This document shows positions 38,287-49,094 of a DNA stretch of 64,000 bases, in pieces. The position numbers and the translations under genes were made by a program. How positions within the stretch are numbered: the stretch's first letter is position 1; each line of letters begins with the position of its first letter. Where the stretch lies: assembly GCA_963827235.1 (NCBI GenBank), contig CAWHAE010000018.1:256001-320000 (forward strand). Direction: 5' to 3'. Under the pieces are notes generated by a model, which was not told where the DNA came from, searched no databases, and saw only the letters and a list, made by a program, of their open reading frames with translations. This DNA is from an uncultured bacterium (GTDB lineage: Bacteria; Chloroflexota; UBA5177; JANWHV01).

Positions 38287-38775
38287 TCACTCCTCTCCGG
38301 GCTCCTGCCCGGCTTTGAGCAACGCACGCAATCCTTCCAGTAGGCGCGTGCGATCTGCAGGGCGCATGTTCATGATCGCCTGTACCAGCAGATCGTTCTC
38401 GAGCACTTCTGGGTACGCGGCCAGGCGCTCGCGGCCGGCTTCCGTGAGCCAGACGAAGACACGCCGGCGATCGCGATCGTCTCGCAGGCGCGCCACCAGG
38501 CCTTTGGCTTCCAGCCGGTTGACCATCTCGGTGGTGGCCGCCTTGCTCAGTCCCAGGTGATCTGCCTGCTCGCCCACGGTCAGCGGCCCGCCCGCCGCCA
38601 GATGGCGCAGCACGCGCAGCATGTGCGCCGTGACGTCGGACCCGGGCAGCGTCTGCCGCGAAGCGTGGAAGCGGTGATAGACGGCGGGGTACAAGCGCGC
38701 AACCTCCATGGCCACTGCCCGAACCTCCGGGGGCGCCTCCCAATGGTTCGTGACGAACAGTTCGTCACGAACCAT
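38287..38775 (-). CDS. MarR-family regulator (start may be GTG at 38715)
   Basis: LTVGEQADHLGLSKAATTEMVNRLEAKGLVARLRDDRDRRRVFVWLTEAG. Confidence 0.92.
   Translation of the reverse strand: MVRDELFVTNHWEAPPEVRAVAMEVARLYPAVYHRFHASRQTLPGSDVTAHMLRVLRHLAAGGPLTVGEQADHLGLSKAATTEMVNRLEAKGLVARLRDDRDRRRVFVWLTEAGRERLAAYPEVLENDLLVQAIMNMRPADRTRLLEGLRALLKAGQEPGEE
38743..38775. promoter_or_regulatory. Nested 33-bp palindrome, probable tandem MarR operators
   Basis: ATGGTTCGTGACGAAC-A-GTTCGTCACGAACCAT; each arm contains GTTCGT-n-ACGAAC. Confidence 0.8.
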
Positions 38776-39295
38776 ATTCTCAGAATTGTCTCCGTTCGTC
38801 AAGGCCCTTCTCCTCGCCGGCCCTGCTCCGGGCATTCTCCCGCTGCCTCACAGTATACGTGCGCCGCGCCCCGGCCGCGCCACAAACTGCCGGGAGCATG
38901 GCTCCCGCATCGCCGGCATCTCCGGCCTCGCGCAGGTGCCGTCCCTATCGTACGCTCCATCAGACACCGCCCGCTGCATCCAATGCAGGTGCGCCGCGAG
39001 CCTCCAGCGCACAGGAAACTCAACCCGGCGCCGGCGCATCCAGTCTGACACGGCCGTGCGACAATCCGAGCCCACGCGCCGCTCCGGCAGCTCCGGCCTC
39101 ACCGTCCCCGGGATCGCGTCGGCACGCGCCTTCTTCGCCAAAGAGTCGTGCCGGATGCGTGAACTCTTGCTGAGGAGCTGCCCGATCTAGCTATTGTGGT
39201 GGGGTTGAGATAAGTAGCCATGCACTGGAACGGCACTCCAAGGAGCCTCTACGTGCAAGTGCTGATACCGGCTCGGCGTGATCGCTTCGCCGATT

Positions 39296-41275
39296 TCATG
39301 CCTGAGTTTGCCTCGTACTGATGACATGAGGCGTCGCTTCGTTGGAACCTGCGGCCGAGTCCTTCACGGACTGCGCGCTGGCCTGCACTGGCTGCTCATC
39401 CAAGGCGAGACGTAGCCGCACGCAGAAGGTGCTCCCCTGCGGGCCAGTTTCCGCCAGCTCCAGCGTGCCGTCCATTGCCTGGGCAAGCTGGCGCCCAAGG
39501 AACAAGCCTAGCCCCGTTCCCATCCGGCCTTGCCTGATCGGGCTACCTGCCAGCCGGCCGAACCGTGTGAACAGCCGCGCTTGGCTCTCGGCCGGAATGC
39601 CCGGCCCGTGGTCGCGCACCAGAACCTTCACGTCCGTTGCTTCTACCTCCCAACTGACGTCGATCAGGCTGCCCTCCGGCGAGTACTTGGCGGCATTGTC
39701 CAGCAGGTTAACCAGGATTTGCGTGAACCGCGCTGGGTCCGCGTGCACAAGGACTCCACGTGGCCCGGACGTCTGCACCTGCTGGCCGGAATAGCTGCCC
39801 TGCACCTCCGTCACTGCCAGGTCTACCTGGGAGGCCATGTTCGTCGCGCTGCAGTCCAGGCTCAGGGCATCCAGGTCCAGCCTGCTCACCAGCAAGAGAT
39901 CCTGTACCAGGCGAACCTGTCGGTTGGCCGACCACACGATTCGGCGCAAATGTTCGCGCCGCGAAACCTCATCCATTGAGGTCCATCGCGCCTCCAGCAA
40001 CTCCGCGTATCCCACAATCGCCGTCAACGGGGTGCGAAGCTCGTGGCTGACCGACGCCACAAAGTCGCCGCGCATGCGAGCCAGGTCTTCCGCTGCTTGC
40101 GCGCGTGCCTGCTCCTCCACGTACAGCCTGGCCCGGTCCAATGCCTGCGCGATCAGGCCTGCCACCGCCGTCAGAAACTCTCGGTCATCGTGGCTGAACT
40201 GCCGCGGCTCCCTGAATAACAGTCCCATGGCACCGATCGTCTTGCCCTCGATGCAGAGCGGCAGCCCGGCACTGGCCCGGTAGCCGCGCGGCGCCACGTC
40301 CCGTGCGAACCCAGGAAACTTGGAGGCCACCTGCGCCGCCGATTCCAGCCAGACTGGTCGCCCGGTCCGCACCGCCTCGCATGATGGCGCCGCGTCGGTG
40401 ATCGGTCTGCGAAGCGCGAAGCCCAGTTCCTTGTTCTGCCTGCTGGAAGCAACCTGTTCAAGCCAGGCGCCGTCGGCGCTCACGGTCCGTATGCTGCTCA
40501 CGGGAGCGTTCAGAACGAGCGCGCCAATGCTCATCACGCGCTCGCCGATCTCGGCCGGCGTGCAGGTCGAGGCCAGTGCAGCAGCAACTGTCTGCAGCGC
40601 GGATAAGCGCTCTTCGCGCCCCAACAGGGTCTCCGCCAGCACTTCCGCCTCGTGCCGCAAAATCTGCTCCCGTAGTACCGCTTGCTCGTAGTTGGAGAGT
40701 GCTGCGTGCGTCAACGCGAGACTCAATCCTATGAACACGAAGCCTGGTATCGGCATGAGTGTTGCAGGTGTGACCAAAGCGGTGCCGGAGATGATCGCTG
40801 CGCCGACGTATGCTAGCAAGTAAGTGAGGATTCGCACGGCCGCACGAATGTATGTGCCGTAGAGCGATGTGAACAACAGGCCTGGGAAGAAGACGCCGAG
40901 GCTAACTTCTGGCGACTGCACCCCCGCGATCAGCAGGAGCAGACTCCCGTCCACCAGGTCCGAGTACCACGAGCTGTCGCCCTGCACATATTGGTGCCAC
41001 CAGCGCCACACCAACGTCAGCACTGCAAGGAGCGTTGCCAGGCGCAAGGCCACGGGAGTACCTGCCCTCGCGAGAACGGTTGGCAGGAACATCGGGAAGA
41101 TTGAGAGTGTCAGGAGCAGGAACGCCCAGCGGACACGTGCAAGTAGCGTCGGAGGAGGTGGCCAGATGCCCAGTCGTCCGCCGAGGGTCAGTGCCCCGGA
41201 GCTATCAAGTCCCGGTGCGGGAACTGAAATGCGCCTCTTGCGATCGGAATACTGATTGCCCAGATTCTCAGCCAA
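39296..41275 (-). CDS. Membrane sensor histidine kinase (TM-GAF-HisKA-HATPase)
   Basis: SHELRTPL, NLLDNAAKYS, DHGPGI, GTGLGL; GAF LPL...IGAMGL...FSHDD. Confidence 0.93.
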   Translation of the reverse strand: MAENLGNQYSDRKRRISVPAPGLDSSGALTLGGRLGIWPPPPTLLARVRWAFLLLTLSIFPMFLPTVLARAGTPVALRLATLLAVLTLVWRWWHQYVQGDSSWYSDLVDGSLLLLIAGVQSPEVSLGVFFPGLLFTSLYGTYIRAAVRILTYLLAYVGAAIISGTALVTPATLMPIPGFVFIGLSLALTHAALSNYEQAVLREQILRHEAEVLAETLLGREERLSALQTVAAALASTCTPAEIGERVMSIGALVLNAPVSSIRTVSADGAWLEQVASSRQNKELGFALRRPITDAAPSCEAVRTGRPVWLESAAQVASKFPGFARDVAPRGYRASAGLPLCIEGKTIGAMGLLFREPRQFSHDDREFLTAVAGLIAQALDRARLYVEEQARAQAAEDLARMRGDFVASVSHELRTPLTAIVGYAELLEARWTSMDEVSRREHLRRIVWSANRQVRLVQDLLLVSRLDLDALSLDCSATNMASQVDLAVTEVQGSYSGQQVQTSGPRGVLVHADPARFTQILVNLLDNAAKYSPEGSLIDVSWEVEATDVKVLVRDHGPGIPAESQARLFTRFGRLAGSPIRQGRMGTGLGLFLGRQLAQAMDGTLELAETGPQGSTFCVRLRLALDEQPVQASAQSVKDSAAGSNEATPHVISTRQTQA

Positions 41276-41656
41276 GGCTCCTCACGCAGCCAACGAAGGG
41301 TAGCGCAAGCGTCCCTTGTTGCCCACCGCAGGGTAACACCTGGCGGCAGGGCCCGCAATGACCTGCTTTGCCGCGGAGTGAAGCGCGTCAATCCTCTTGT
41401 CGGAGCCATCTGCAGCGCGATCCACGTCCGCTGGAGACGTGTTGAACAGCCATTCCTGAGTGCGAAGGTTACGTCATGACTGAGCTCGGCGCGGTGCCGA
41501 CGACGCGAGCAGTGCCATGAGTCGCCGCGCCGGCGCCGAGACGTGAACTCGTACGTTGTCCAATGGCTGTACTATGGTCGCAGGCGGCTGTGGAGGCCAG
41601 CCGCACGCACGGCGGGCCTACCGCCATCGCCCCGTGTGGAAGGGAGTCGGGACCCG

Positions 41657-42157
41657 ATGCACGTCCCTACCATAGTCGCTTTCGTGCGCTCGCTCTTGCA
41701 ACGTCGCGTCGTGCGCTACGCGATTGTCGGCGCCATCGGCGTGCCGATCAACCTGGGGTTCCTGTTCGTGTTTGGCGCGCTGCTGCACGGCCGGTTGGAT
41801 GGCGCGTGGGCAGACAGGCTGGCGTCAGCGCTCGCCTTCGAAGCCAGCGCGGTGATCAACCTCGTCGGCAACCAGCTCTTCACCTATCACGAGCAGAAGC
41901 ACGTGAGTGGCAGGGAATGGCTGCGACGAGGTATCAAGCTGCAGATGGCGAACATAACGCTTGCCTGGCTGATCACGCAGCTCGTACGGGAGATAGGAGG
42001 GGTCAACAAGTACCTCGCGCAGGCGCTTGGCATCGGCGGCAAATTCATCTTCAGCTTCCTCTTTGCCAACCGTTTCGTCTATCGGCCGACGACTGGCAAT
42101 GACCAGCCGGCGAAGCACAACGCGGGCAGTCGTGGCGTGAATATCGAATCGCAATAG
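41657..42157 (+). CDS. GtrA-family membrane protein
   Basis: RYAIVGAIGVPINL, NQLFTY, FLFANRFVY. Confidence 0.85.
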   Translation: MHVPTIVAFVRSLLQRRVVRYAIVGAIGVPINLGFLFVFGALLHGRLDGAWADRLASALAFEASAVINLVGNQLFTYHEQKHVSGREWLRRGIKLQMANITLAWLITQLVREIGGVNKYLAQALGIGGKFIFSFLFANRFVYRPTTGNDQPAKHNAGSRGVNIESQ

Positions 42158-42175
42158 CACGACGCCTGTTTGGCC

Positions 42176-42958
42176 CTACCCGCCTGCGCCCTCCGCTGTC
42201 CCGGACACCAGGCTGTAACGCCCGCCCCTCGCGCATGCGGCGCCGGCCTGGCAGAGCGCCTCCACGGTAAGGCGCAGCCGCCTGCGCGACACCGGGGAGC
42301 TCATGCCCGTAATCGCTCCCAGCTGCTGTAGACTGAGCTCACCCTGCCGTCCAAGGGCCTCCAGGGTCACATGCACGTAGCGCGCGCTGCCGATCTCGGG
42401 CTGAGCCTCCAGGAGCTGCTGCACCAGCGCGGCCGTGCGCCGCCGGTCGAACCCGGGAGCGCTCGCCTTCTCCCCTGCCGTCGCTTCATCCTGAGCGGAG
42501 TCGACCTCAAACCCGTAAGCGGCGAGTGCCGAGACGACGACGCGCCTCAGCTCGTCCCGATCCGCGGACCGCAGCCCTGCCAGGTCCGAGATCAGGTGCT
42601 CGATGAGCGTCGCCGGCCGATGGTACGCCGCCTGCAGGCGCTCCATGGCCAGGCGCTGCTGCTGCAGGGCGAACCGGAGCCTGGCATTGCGGCGTTCCGC
42701 CACGGCGAGTCTGCTGCGAAGCGCCCTCAGCTCAGCGTACGGCGGCGGCGCGGACACCTGCGCCGGCGGCTCGGACCGGGCCTCCTCGCTCGCGGAATCG
42801 TCCGCTGATGCCTCCGGCTCTTGCCGGTGGGGGTGCAGGGCAATCGGCAGATGCAGAGCGCCGATCTTGGCGCGGCGGCCGGTGGTGCGCAGAAGTGCAA
42901 AGGCCGTGCGCCCTGCCGCGCCCACCAGGCTCTTGCGCTCGCCGTCCTGCCTAGACAC
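42176..42958 (-). CDS. Hypothetical protein with a coiled coil and possible C-terminal wHTH
   Basis: GTG overlapping the glpK stop; [18 protein letters not shown] heptads. Confidence 0.6.
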   Translation of the reverse strand: MSRQDGERKSLVGAAGRTAFALLRTTGRRAKIGALHLPIALHPHRQEPEASADDSASEEARSEPPAQVSAPPPYAELRALRSRLAVAERRNARLRFALQQQRLAMERLQAAYHRPATLIEHLISDLAGLRSADRDELRRVVVSALAAYGFEVDSAQDEATAGEKASAPGFDRRRTAALVQQLLEAQPEIGSARYVHVTLEALGRQGELSLQQLGAITGMSSPVSRRRLRLTVEALCQAGAACARGGRYSLVSGTAEGAGG

Positions 42959-44435
42959 GGGCGCGCTCCACGGCCTTGACCCACTGGGCATAGCGGCCGG
43001 CCCTCTCGTCCTCGCCAATCCGCGGCTCGAACACCCGGTCGATGGCGCGGTGCGCTCCTAGCTCGTCCAGGCTCGTCCACACACCGGAGGCCAGGCCTGC
43101 CAGGTAGGCCGCGCCCAGAGCGGTCGTCTCGCTGATGCTCGGCCGCTCCACCGGAATGCCCAGCATGTCCGCCTGGAGCTGCATCAACAGATCGTTCGCC
43201 ACCGCGCCGCCGTCCACCCGTAGGACCTCGAGCCGCCGGCCGGTGTCGCGCTCCATACACCGCACCACGTCCACGGTCTGGAAGCAGATCGCTTCCAGAG
43301 CGGCCCGCGCCACGTGCCCCGCCGTGCTGTCCTGCGTCAGGCCGGCAATGATGCCGCGCGCCCCCGGATCCCAGTAGGGTGCTCCCAGCCCTACGAAGGC
43401 CGGCACGAATGAGACGCCGCCGCAGTCCGGCACGGTCGCGGCCAGCGTCTCCACCTCCGCAGCGCTGCCAATCACGCGCAAGCCGTCGCGCAGCCACTTG
43501 ACCACCGACCCGCCGATGAACACGCTCCCTTCCAGGGCGTAGGTGGTCACGCCGTCACGCCGCCAGCCGATGGTGGTGATCAGGTCATGGCGCGACGGCG
43601 CCGGCGTGGTCCCCGTGTTGAGCAGCAGGAAACACCCGGTGCCGTACGTGTTCTTGGCCATACCCGGTGACCAGCACGCCTGGCCGAAGGTCGCCGCCTG
43701 CTGGTCGCCGGCGATCCCCGCCAGCGGAATGCTCGCGCCGAACAGCCCGGATTCCGTCTCGCCATAGACTTCGCTGGAGGAGACGACGCGCGGCAGGATG
43801 GCGCGGGGAATGCACAGCCGCTCGAGCAGCACCGGATCCCACTCCTGTGCGTGGATATCGAAAAGCATGGTCCGCGACGCGTTGGAGACGTCCGTGACGT
43901 GCAGTCGCCCGCCCGTCAGGCGCCAGAGCAGGAATGCGTCGACCGTTCCGAAGGCCAGCTCACCGCGCTCGGCTTTCTGCCGCGCCCCGGGCACGTGCTC
44001 CAACAGCCAGTGCAGCTTGGTGGCGGAGAAATAGGGATCGATCACCAGCCCGGTCTTCTCGCGCACGTGCGCGGCAAGGCCCTCCTCGCGCAGCCGGGCG
44101 CACAGCGGGGCCGTGCGCCGGTCCTGCCAGACGATCGCGTTGTGGATGGGATAGCCGTTGGCCCGATCCCAGACGATCGTGGTCTCGCGCTGGTTCGTGA
44201 CGCCGATCGCCGCGATGGTCCCCGCATCGATCTCCTGGTCGCGAACGAGCTGCTGCGCCACGCCGAGCTGGCTCAGCCAGATGTCGTCCGGGTTGTGCTC
44301 CACCCAGCCGGGACTTGGGTAGGCCTGCGGAAACTCGCGCGCCACACCGGCCACCGGCCGCCCATGCTCGTCGAACAGGATTGCGCGCGAGCTTGTCGTC
44401 CCTTGATCGAGTGCCAGCACGTACTTCCCCGCCAC
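42951..44435 (-). CDS. glpK: Glycerol kinase
   Basis: [42 protein letters not shown]. Confidence 0.97.
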   Translation of the reverse strand: MAGKYVLALDQGTTSSRAILFDEHGRPVAGVAREFPQAYPSPGWVEHNPDDIWLSQLGVAQQLVRDQEIDAGTIAAIGVTNQRETTIVWDRANGYPIHNAIVWQDRRTAPLCARLREEGLAAHVREKTGLVIDPYFSATKLHWLLEHVPGARQKAERGELAFGTVDAFLLWRLTGGRLHVTDVSNASRTMLFDIHAQEWDPVLLERLCIPRAILPRVVSSSEVYGETESGLFGASIPLAGIAGDQQAATFGQACWSPGMAKNTYGTGCFLLLNTGTTPAPSRHDLITTIGWRRDGVTTYALEGSVFIGGSVVKWLRDGLRVIGSAAEVETLAATVPDCGGVSFVPAFVGLGAPYWDPGARGIIAGLTQDSTAGHVARAALEAICFQTVDVVRCMERDTGRRLEVLRVDGGAVANDLLMQLQADMLGIPVERPSISETTALGAAYLAGLASGVWTSLDELGAHRAIDRVFEPRIGEDERAGRYAQWVKAVERARV

Positions 44436-44635
44436 CTCGTGCCTCCTTCGTGGCGACACTGCCACTGGCCATCACGGTCCGCGCCGCCCACGGCACCAGT
44501 GCTCCTCCGGGCAGTCATCCCCGACCCGCCGTTCCTCGCGGCCCATCACACAGGACTGCCCGCTGTCCGGACACAGTCCGCGACCATCTTCGCTTGCACG
44601 GTGAATCCGGCGGAGACTGTCGCCTTCCCGCGTCT

Positions 44636-45211
44636 TCAGCTGCCGAAGTCCTGATACACGGGCTGGCCGCGCCCATTGTAGGTAAGAATCGCGCGCACCT
44701 GGCCGGAATAGGTCACGTTGATCGTCACCTTGGAAGCGCTGGGATATCGAGCCTGGATCCTGGCAAACACGCTGTCGATAAAGGCCTCGCGGGTGGGCGC
44801 GTAGCCCCACACCCATTGCGAGTCAATCTCGTTCATGTTCAGGGTCACCTGGCCCACCTGCGTCACGAAGGTGTGATACGCGGACGTTCCCGGCGACGCG
44901 CTGCAGCCCGAAGTCGGCGCGACCTGAAGCTGCATGTCGAAGGTGTAGTTCTGCGACTCGGCGTAGGTGATCAGGTCCATATCGGCGTTGGCGGCATCGA
45001 GACAGTTACCGGCAAACTTGTCGAAGCCGGTCGACACGATCTGCGGTTGCTCGGTCGGGGCGACGGTCGGCGTCACCACCGGTGTGGTAACGGGTGGGGC
45101 GATCAACGAGATGGTCGACGACGAGCAGCCGCCCAGGGCAAGCACCATCGGCAGACACAGGGCACCGACAAGCGTTCTTCGCGGAAGTGCGCTTAGCGCG
45201 GAGCGTTTCAT
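44636..45211 (-). CDS. Lipoprotein of unknown function
   Basis: Basic N-terminus, hydrophobic core, lipobox LGG-C, Pro/Thr-rich linker. Confidence 0.75.
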   Translation of the reverse strand: MKRSALSALPRRTLVGALCLPMVLALGGCSSSTISLIAPPVTTPVVTPTVAPTEQPQIVSTGFDKFAGNCLDAANADMDLITYAESQNYTFDMQLQVAPTSGCSASPGTSAYHTFVTQVGQVTLNMNEIDSQWVWGYAPTREAFIDSVFARIQARYPSASKVTINVTYSGQVRAILTYNGRGQPVYQDFGS

Positions 45212-45238
45212 AGGGAAGAGTGTCGCATATGATCGGCC

Positions 45239-46468
45239 TCATGGCCATGGTTGTTCGGGCCAATCCAGGAGGATTGCCTGCACCTTGCTACCGATCGCCA
45301 GATCCGGGCTACCCTCCGGCACCACGATCAAGGCGTTCACCGCCACCGCGGACTGCAGTAGGTGCGACTCCTGCTTGCCGGCGACGGCCGCGTGCCAGCC
45401 GTCATCCTTCCACGCGGCCAATGCGCGTACATAGTGCCGCCGGTCACTCGTGCCGGGAACGGGACTGTCCGCCTGCATGGCGATTGGGCGTCGCAGCAGC
45501 GCCACGTGGCCCGCCATCTTGCGCAGCATCGGCCGCGCGAACAGCTCGAAGGTCACGAACGCCGACAAAGGATTGCCCGGCAGTCCTAGAAAGGGCGTCC
45601 GGCCGGCGCTCCCAAAGGCGATCGGCTTGCCGGGACGCATGCGCACGCGCCAGAAGTCGACCCCGCCAAGCTCCTGGATGACGTCGCGCACCACGTCGTG
45701 GTCGCCTACGGACACACCGCCGGAGCTCACGATCATGTCGGCCGTCCTCCCCTCCTGCAGGGCCGCCAGCACCTCCTCGCGGCTGTCTCTCGCCACCGGC
45801 AACACGCGGGCCACGGCGCCTGCTTCCTGGATCTGGGCCGCCAGCATGGGCGCGTTGCTGTTCCGGATCTGCCCGGGCCCCGGTTTCTGGTCGACGCTCA
45901 CGAGCTCGTTCCCGGTGGAGAGCACCGCGACAACCGGTCGCCTGTGCACCGGCACACGGGCGTACCCGCACGAGGCCAGCAGGCCCACCTCGCCGGGTCG
46001 CAGCGACGTGCCGCGAGCTAGCACGATGGCGCCCCGTCGGTAGTCGTCGCCGGCGTGGCGAACGTACGCTCCGGGCGCCACCTGTGCGAGAATGTGTACC
46101 GTCCGCCGGTCGCCTGCCGTCTGCTCTATCGGCACTATCGCGTCGGCACCGGCAGGCATTGGAGCGCCGGTCATGATACGCGCGGCCGAGTCCGGCGTCA
46201 GTTGCAGCGACGGAGCATCGCCGGCGGCGATCTCGCCGATCACGGGCAGGATGCGCGGCCGGTCGGGCGAGGCGCCGCTCGTGCCCGCGGCCTGGACGGC
46301 AAAGCCATCCATCGCCGAGTTGGCAAACGGCGGCAGGTCGACGTCCGCGACCGCGTCGGCGGCGAGAACGCTGCCGAGTGCCTCGACGAGCGGCCTCTCC
46401 TCCGCATCCAGTCTCGTGACCGCTGCCAGCACTCTCTCCTGGGCTTCTTCGACTGAGAGCATTGCCAC
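45239..46468 (-). CDS. moeA: Molybdopterin molybdotransferase
   Basis: PPFANSAMDGFAV, IMTGAPMP, STGNEL, SGGVSVG, GLPGNP. Confidence 0.96.
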   Translation of the reverse strand: MAMLSVEEAQERVLAAVTRLDAEERPLVEALGSVLAADAVADVDLPPFANSAMDGFAVQAAGTSGASPDRPRILPVIGEIAAGDAPSLQLTPDSAARIMTGAPMPAGADAIVPIEQTAGDRRTVHILAQVAPGAYVRHAGDDYRRGAIVLARGTSLRPGEVGLLASCGYARVPVHRRPVVAVLSTGNELVSVDQKPGPGQIRNSNAPMLAAQIQEAGAVARVLPVARDSREEVLAALQEGRTADMIVSSGGVSVGDHDVVRDVIQELGGVDFWRVRMRPGKPIAFGSAGRTPFLGLPGNPLSAFVTFELFARPMLRKMAGHVALLRRPIAMQADSPVPGTSDRRHYVRALAAWKDDGWHAAVAGKQESHLLQSAVAVNALIVVPEGSPDLAIGSKVQAILLDWPEQPWP

Positions 46469-46565
46469 CTCCTACCGTTCGATTGTACCTGCCGGTATCG
46501 CAAAACCGCCTGCAATCTTCACTTGACACGCGGCCCGGAGATTTGTCTTGGGGTACAATTTGCTC

Positions 46566-48395
46566 GTGAGCATCGCGACTTTCCCCATCGAACACGCTTT
46601 TGACATTCTCCAACGGCCGGTCATCGAGGCGGCAGCTTACGCTCCTCTGGAGAGCGAGGCACTGCTCGCCTTGCTGGGCGAGGTCACCGCGCGCGGCCAC
46701 CCCTCCACGTGCGCGATTCTGGCCGCCATGGCCTCAATCCGCTCACGCCTGATCGAGGTGCATTCGCCGGAAGCCGCCCGTCTCTGGGATGATCTGCGCG
46801 ACGTAAGCCTGGCCCTGCGCGGCCCTCTTGTGGATTCTCTCAAGACGGCGTCCAGGGAGCAGCTCGACCAAGCCATCGCCTCCGTTCGGGCTCTCTCGGC
46901 CCCGGCGGCCGACGGCGACCTGCGGCCGCTCCTGGACGACTCGTCCCTGGTCCTGGCCGTAGCAGGAGATTTCAAGCGGGGCAAGTCCACGCTGATCAAC
47001 GCCCTGCTGGGCAGGCGCGTCTTGCCGACGCGCGTGGCGCCGGCGACCGCCGTGCCCTGCCTGCTGCGCGCCGGGCCGTCCACGGGTGCGCGCGTCTTCT
47101 ACAGCGACGACCGCGAGCCTCTGGCCGTGCCGATCGAAGATCTCGAGCGGTATGCCTGCATCGTGCTCCCGAACGACGACGAAGACCGGCTTGCCTTCCG
47201 CGAAGGCGTCGAGCGGATCGAGATCGAGCTGGAATCGGGTTTGCCGGCGGCCACGGTGCTGGTCGACCTTCCCGGTCTCAACGAGGAGCTGGACCGCGCG
47301 GAAACGGCTCGCGAAGTGGTGCGCCGGTCCGACGCAATCATCGTCGTCCTGTCCGCCACCCAACTGCTGGCCGAGAACGAGCTGCAGTTCGTCGAGACGC
47401 TCTGGTCGCAAGGGCACCGCGCCTTGACGTTCGCGGTGAATTTCGTCGACGGTCTGGAAGACTACGAGATCCGCACGGTGCGCGAGCGCTGCGCCGCAAT
47501 CTTGCGGCCGTTTGGCGGCGTGCTGGGAGGGAATATCCTTCTGCTCAGCGCCCGCCACGCTCTGCGGGCACAACTGGCAGGTGAGGCCGCGCCGCAATCC
47601 TCTGGACTGCCGGATCTCAAGGACCACATCCGGACGCACGTGCTGAGCCAGGCAGACACGATCTGGCGGGTGTCGCGCCTGCGCCAGGTCGTAGATCACC
47701 TCGATCAGGCCGAGGAAGAAGCCGGCGTCGAGGCGCTCAGGCAACAGGTCGAAGTGCAGCAGGCGCAGACAGAATACGATAGCATTGCGCAGAGGCTGCA
47801 GAAGGCGCATCGCATCTATGCTGACGGCGATCTGGCCACGGCGCACGACATCGCCTTGCGCCGGAAGCGCATAGCGGACTATGATGCGCAATTCGATAGT
47901 CGCTGGGCGCTGCTCTCCGCCGAGCTTCAGGACCGCTTCAAGCACGAGAGCCTGCCCTGGATCTGGCAGAAGGCCCGCGGCTGGTTGCGCGACGCCCTGA
48001 TCCAGGCGATTCGTGAAGTGCACCCGCAGGTCACGCCGAGGCCTGAGGGATATCTGCGCATCAGCGTTGCACCAGGGCTGCGTGTCGGGCGCGACGCCCT
48101 GATGGCCTTCTACATGCAGGAAGCCTGGCGCGAATGGCGGCGGTTCACCGGGCCTGCGTGGCAGGCGCGCCGCCGTGAGCTGGAGGAAGCGCTCGCCGAG
48201 GCGGAACGGGAACAAAAGCGGCTGGCAGAGAACCGCGAGGCAAGCTGGGCGCCGCTGGCCGCGAGACGAGCGGCGCTGCACACCGAGATCGAAGCGGGAA
48301 CCGAGGCAACCACCGCCTCGGTGCAACGGGCGTCCGCGGCCGCCGCTGCCCTGCAGTCCGCGCTGCAAGCCATGGACCGGCATCTGGGCCGCTGA
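46566..48395 (+). CDS. Bacterial dynamin-like GTPase
   Basis: GDFKRGKSTLINALLG, PATA, DLPG, NFVD, LSAR; long helical C-terminus; TACAAT 6 nt before GTG. Confidence 0.88.
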   Translation: MSIATFPIEHAFDILQRPVIEAAAYAPLESEALLALLGEVTARGHPSTCAILAAMASIRSRLIEVHSPEAARLWDDLRDVSLALRGPLVDSLKTASREQLDQAIASVRALSAPAADGDLRPLLDDSSLVLAVAGDFKRGKSTLINALLGRRVLPTRVAPATAVPCLLRAGPSTGARVFYSDDREPLAVPIEDLERYACIVLPNDDEDRLAFREGVERIEIELESGLPAATVLVDLPGLNEELDRAETAREVVRRSDAIIVVLSATQLLAENELQFVETLWSQGHRALTFAVNFVDGLEDYEIRTVRERCAAILRPFGGVLGGNILLLSARHALRAQLAGEAAPQSSGLPDLKDHIRTHVLSQADTIWRVSRLRQVVDHLDQAEEEAGVEALRQQVEVQQAQTEYDSIAQRLQKAHRIYADGDLATAHDIALRRKRIADYDAQFDSRWALLSAELQDRFKHESLPWIWQKARGWLRDALIQAIREVHPQVTPRPEGYLRISVAPGLRVGRDALMAFYMQEAWREWRRFTGPAWQARRRELEEALAEAEREQKRLAENREASWAPLAARRAALHTEIEAGTEATTASVQRASAAAAALQSALQAMDRHLGR

Positions 48396-48410
48396 TCCGC
48401 CGCGACCGGC

Positions 48411-49073
48411 TCAGGCTCCCACGCCCACCCACGCCTCGCCGTCCAGGAAGACTTCCTTCTTCCAGATCGGGACCGTCTCCTTGACGCGGTCGATGGCCCA
48501 GCGGCACGCTTCGAATGCGGCGGCGCGGTGAGCGCTCGCCACGGCAATGGCCACGCTGGACTCGCCGATCTCCAGCCTGCCGATGCGGTGCTCCATCGCC
48601 ACGCTGCAGCCGGGCCACTGCTCCTCGATCCGGCGCGCAATCGCCTCCATCTCGCGCACGGCCAGGTCGTCGTAGGCTTCATACTCCAGGTAGCACACCG
48701 GCTTGCCGGAATCTGATCTCTCGCGCACCACGCCCACGAACGTCACCACGGCACCGTGACGTGCAGCCACCACCTCTGCCTCGAGGGCACGCACGTCGAT
48801 CGGAACGCGCACCAACCGGCAGCGGGCTGAGCCGCCGCTGACCGGGGGCAGGAACGTCACCTCGTCGCCCTCGCGCAGCACGGCGTCACGATCCGCGTAG
48901 TCACCGTTGACGGCCACCAGCAGCGAGCCCCAGAGCAAGGGCAATCTCTCGTGTCCCTCCGTGCAGCGGAGCCAAACATCTCGTACCGTGCAGCCATCAG
49001 GCATGTTGAGCCGGTCGCCGGAGCGACCAAGCTGCTCGCGGAAGTAGGCGAAGTAGCGAACGCGGATGTCCAT
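48411..49073 (-). CDS. moaE: Fused molybdopterin synthase MoaD-MoaE (MoaX-like)
   Basis: VRYFAYFRE...AVNG...FLPPVSGG then GAVVTFVGVVR, YEAY, HRIG, VPIWKKE. Confidence 0.95.
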   Translation of the reverse strand: MDIRVRYFAYFREQLGRSGDRLNMPDGCTVRDVWLRCTEGHERLPLLWGSLLVAVNGDYADRDAVLREGDEVTFLPPVSGGSARCRLVRVPIDVRALEAEVVAARHGAVVTFVGVVRERSDSGKPVCYLEYEAYDDLAVREMEAIARRIEEQWPGCSVAMEHRIGRLEIGESSVAIAVASAHRAAAFEACRWAIDRVKETVPIWKKEVFLDGEAWVGVGA

Positions 49074-49094
49074 GGTGTTAGTATGACATGCGAT

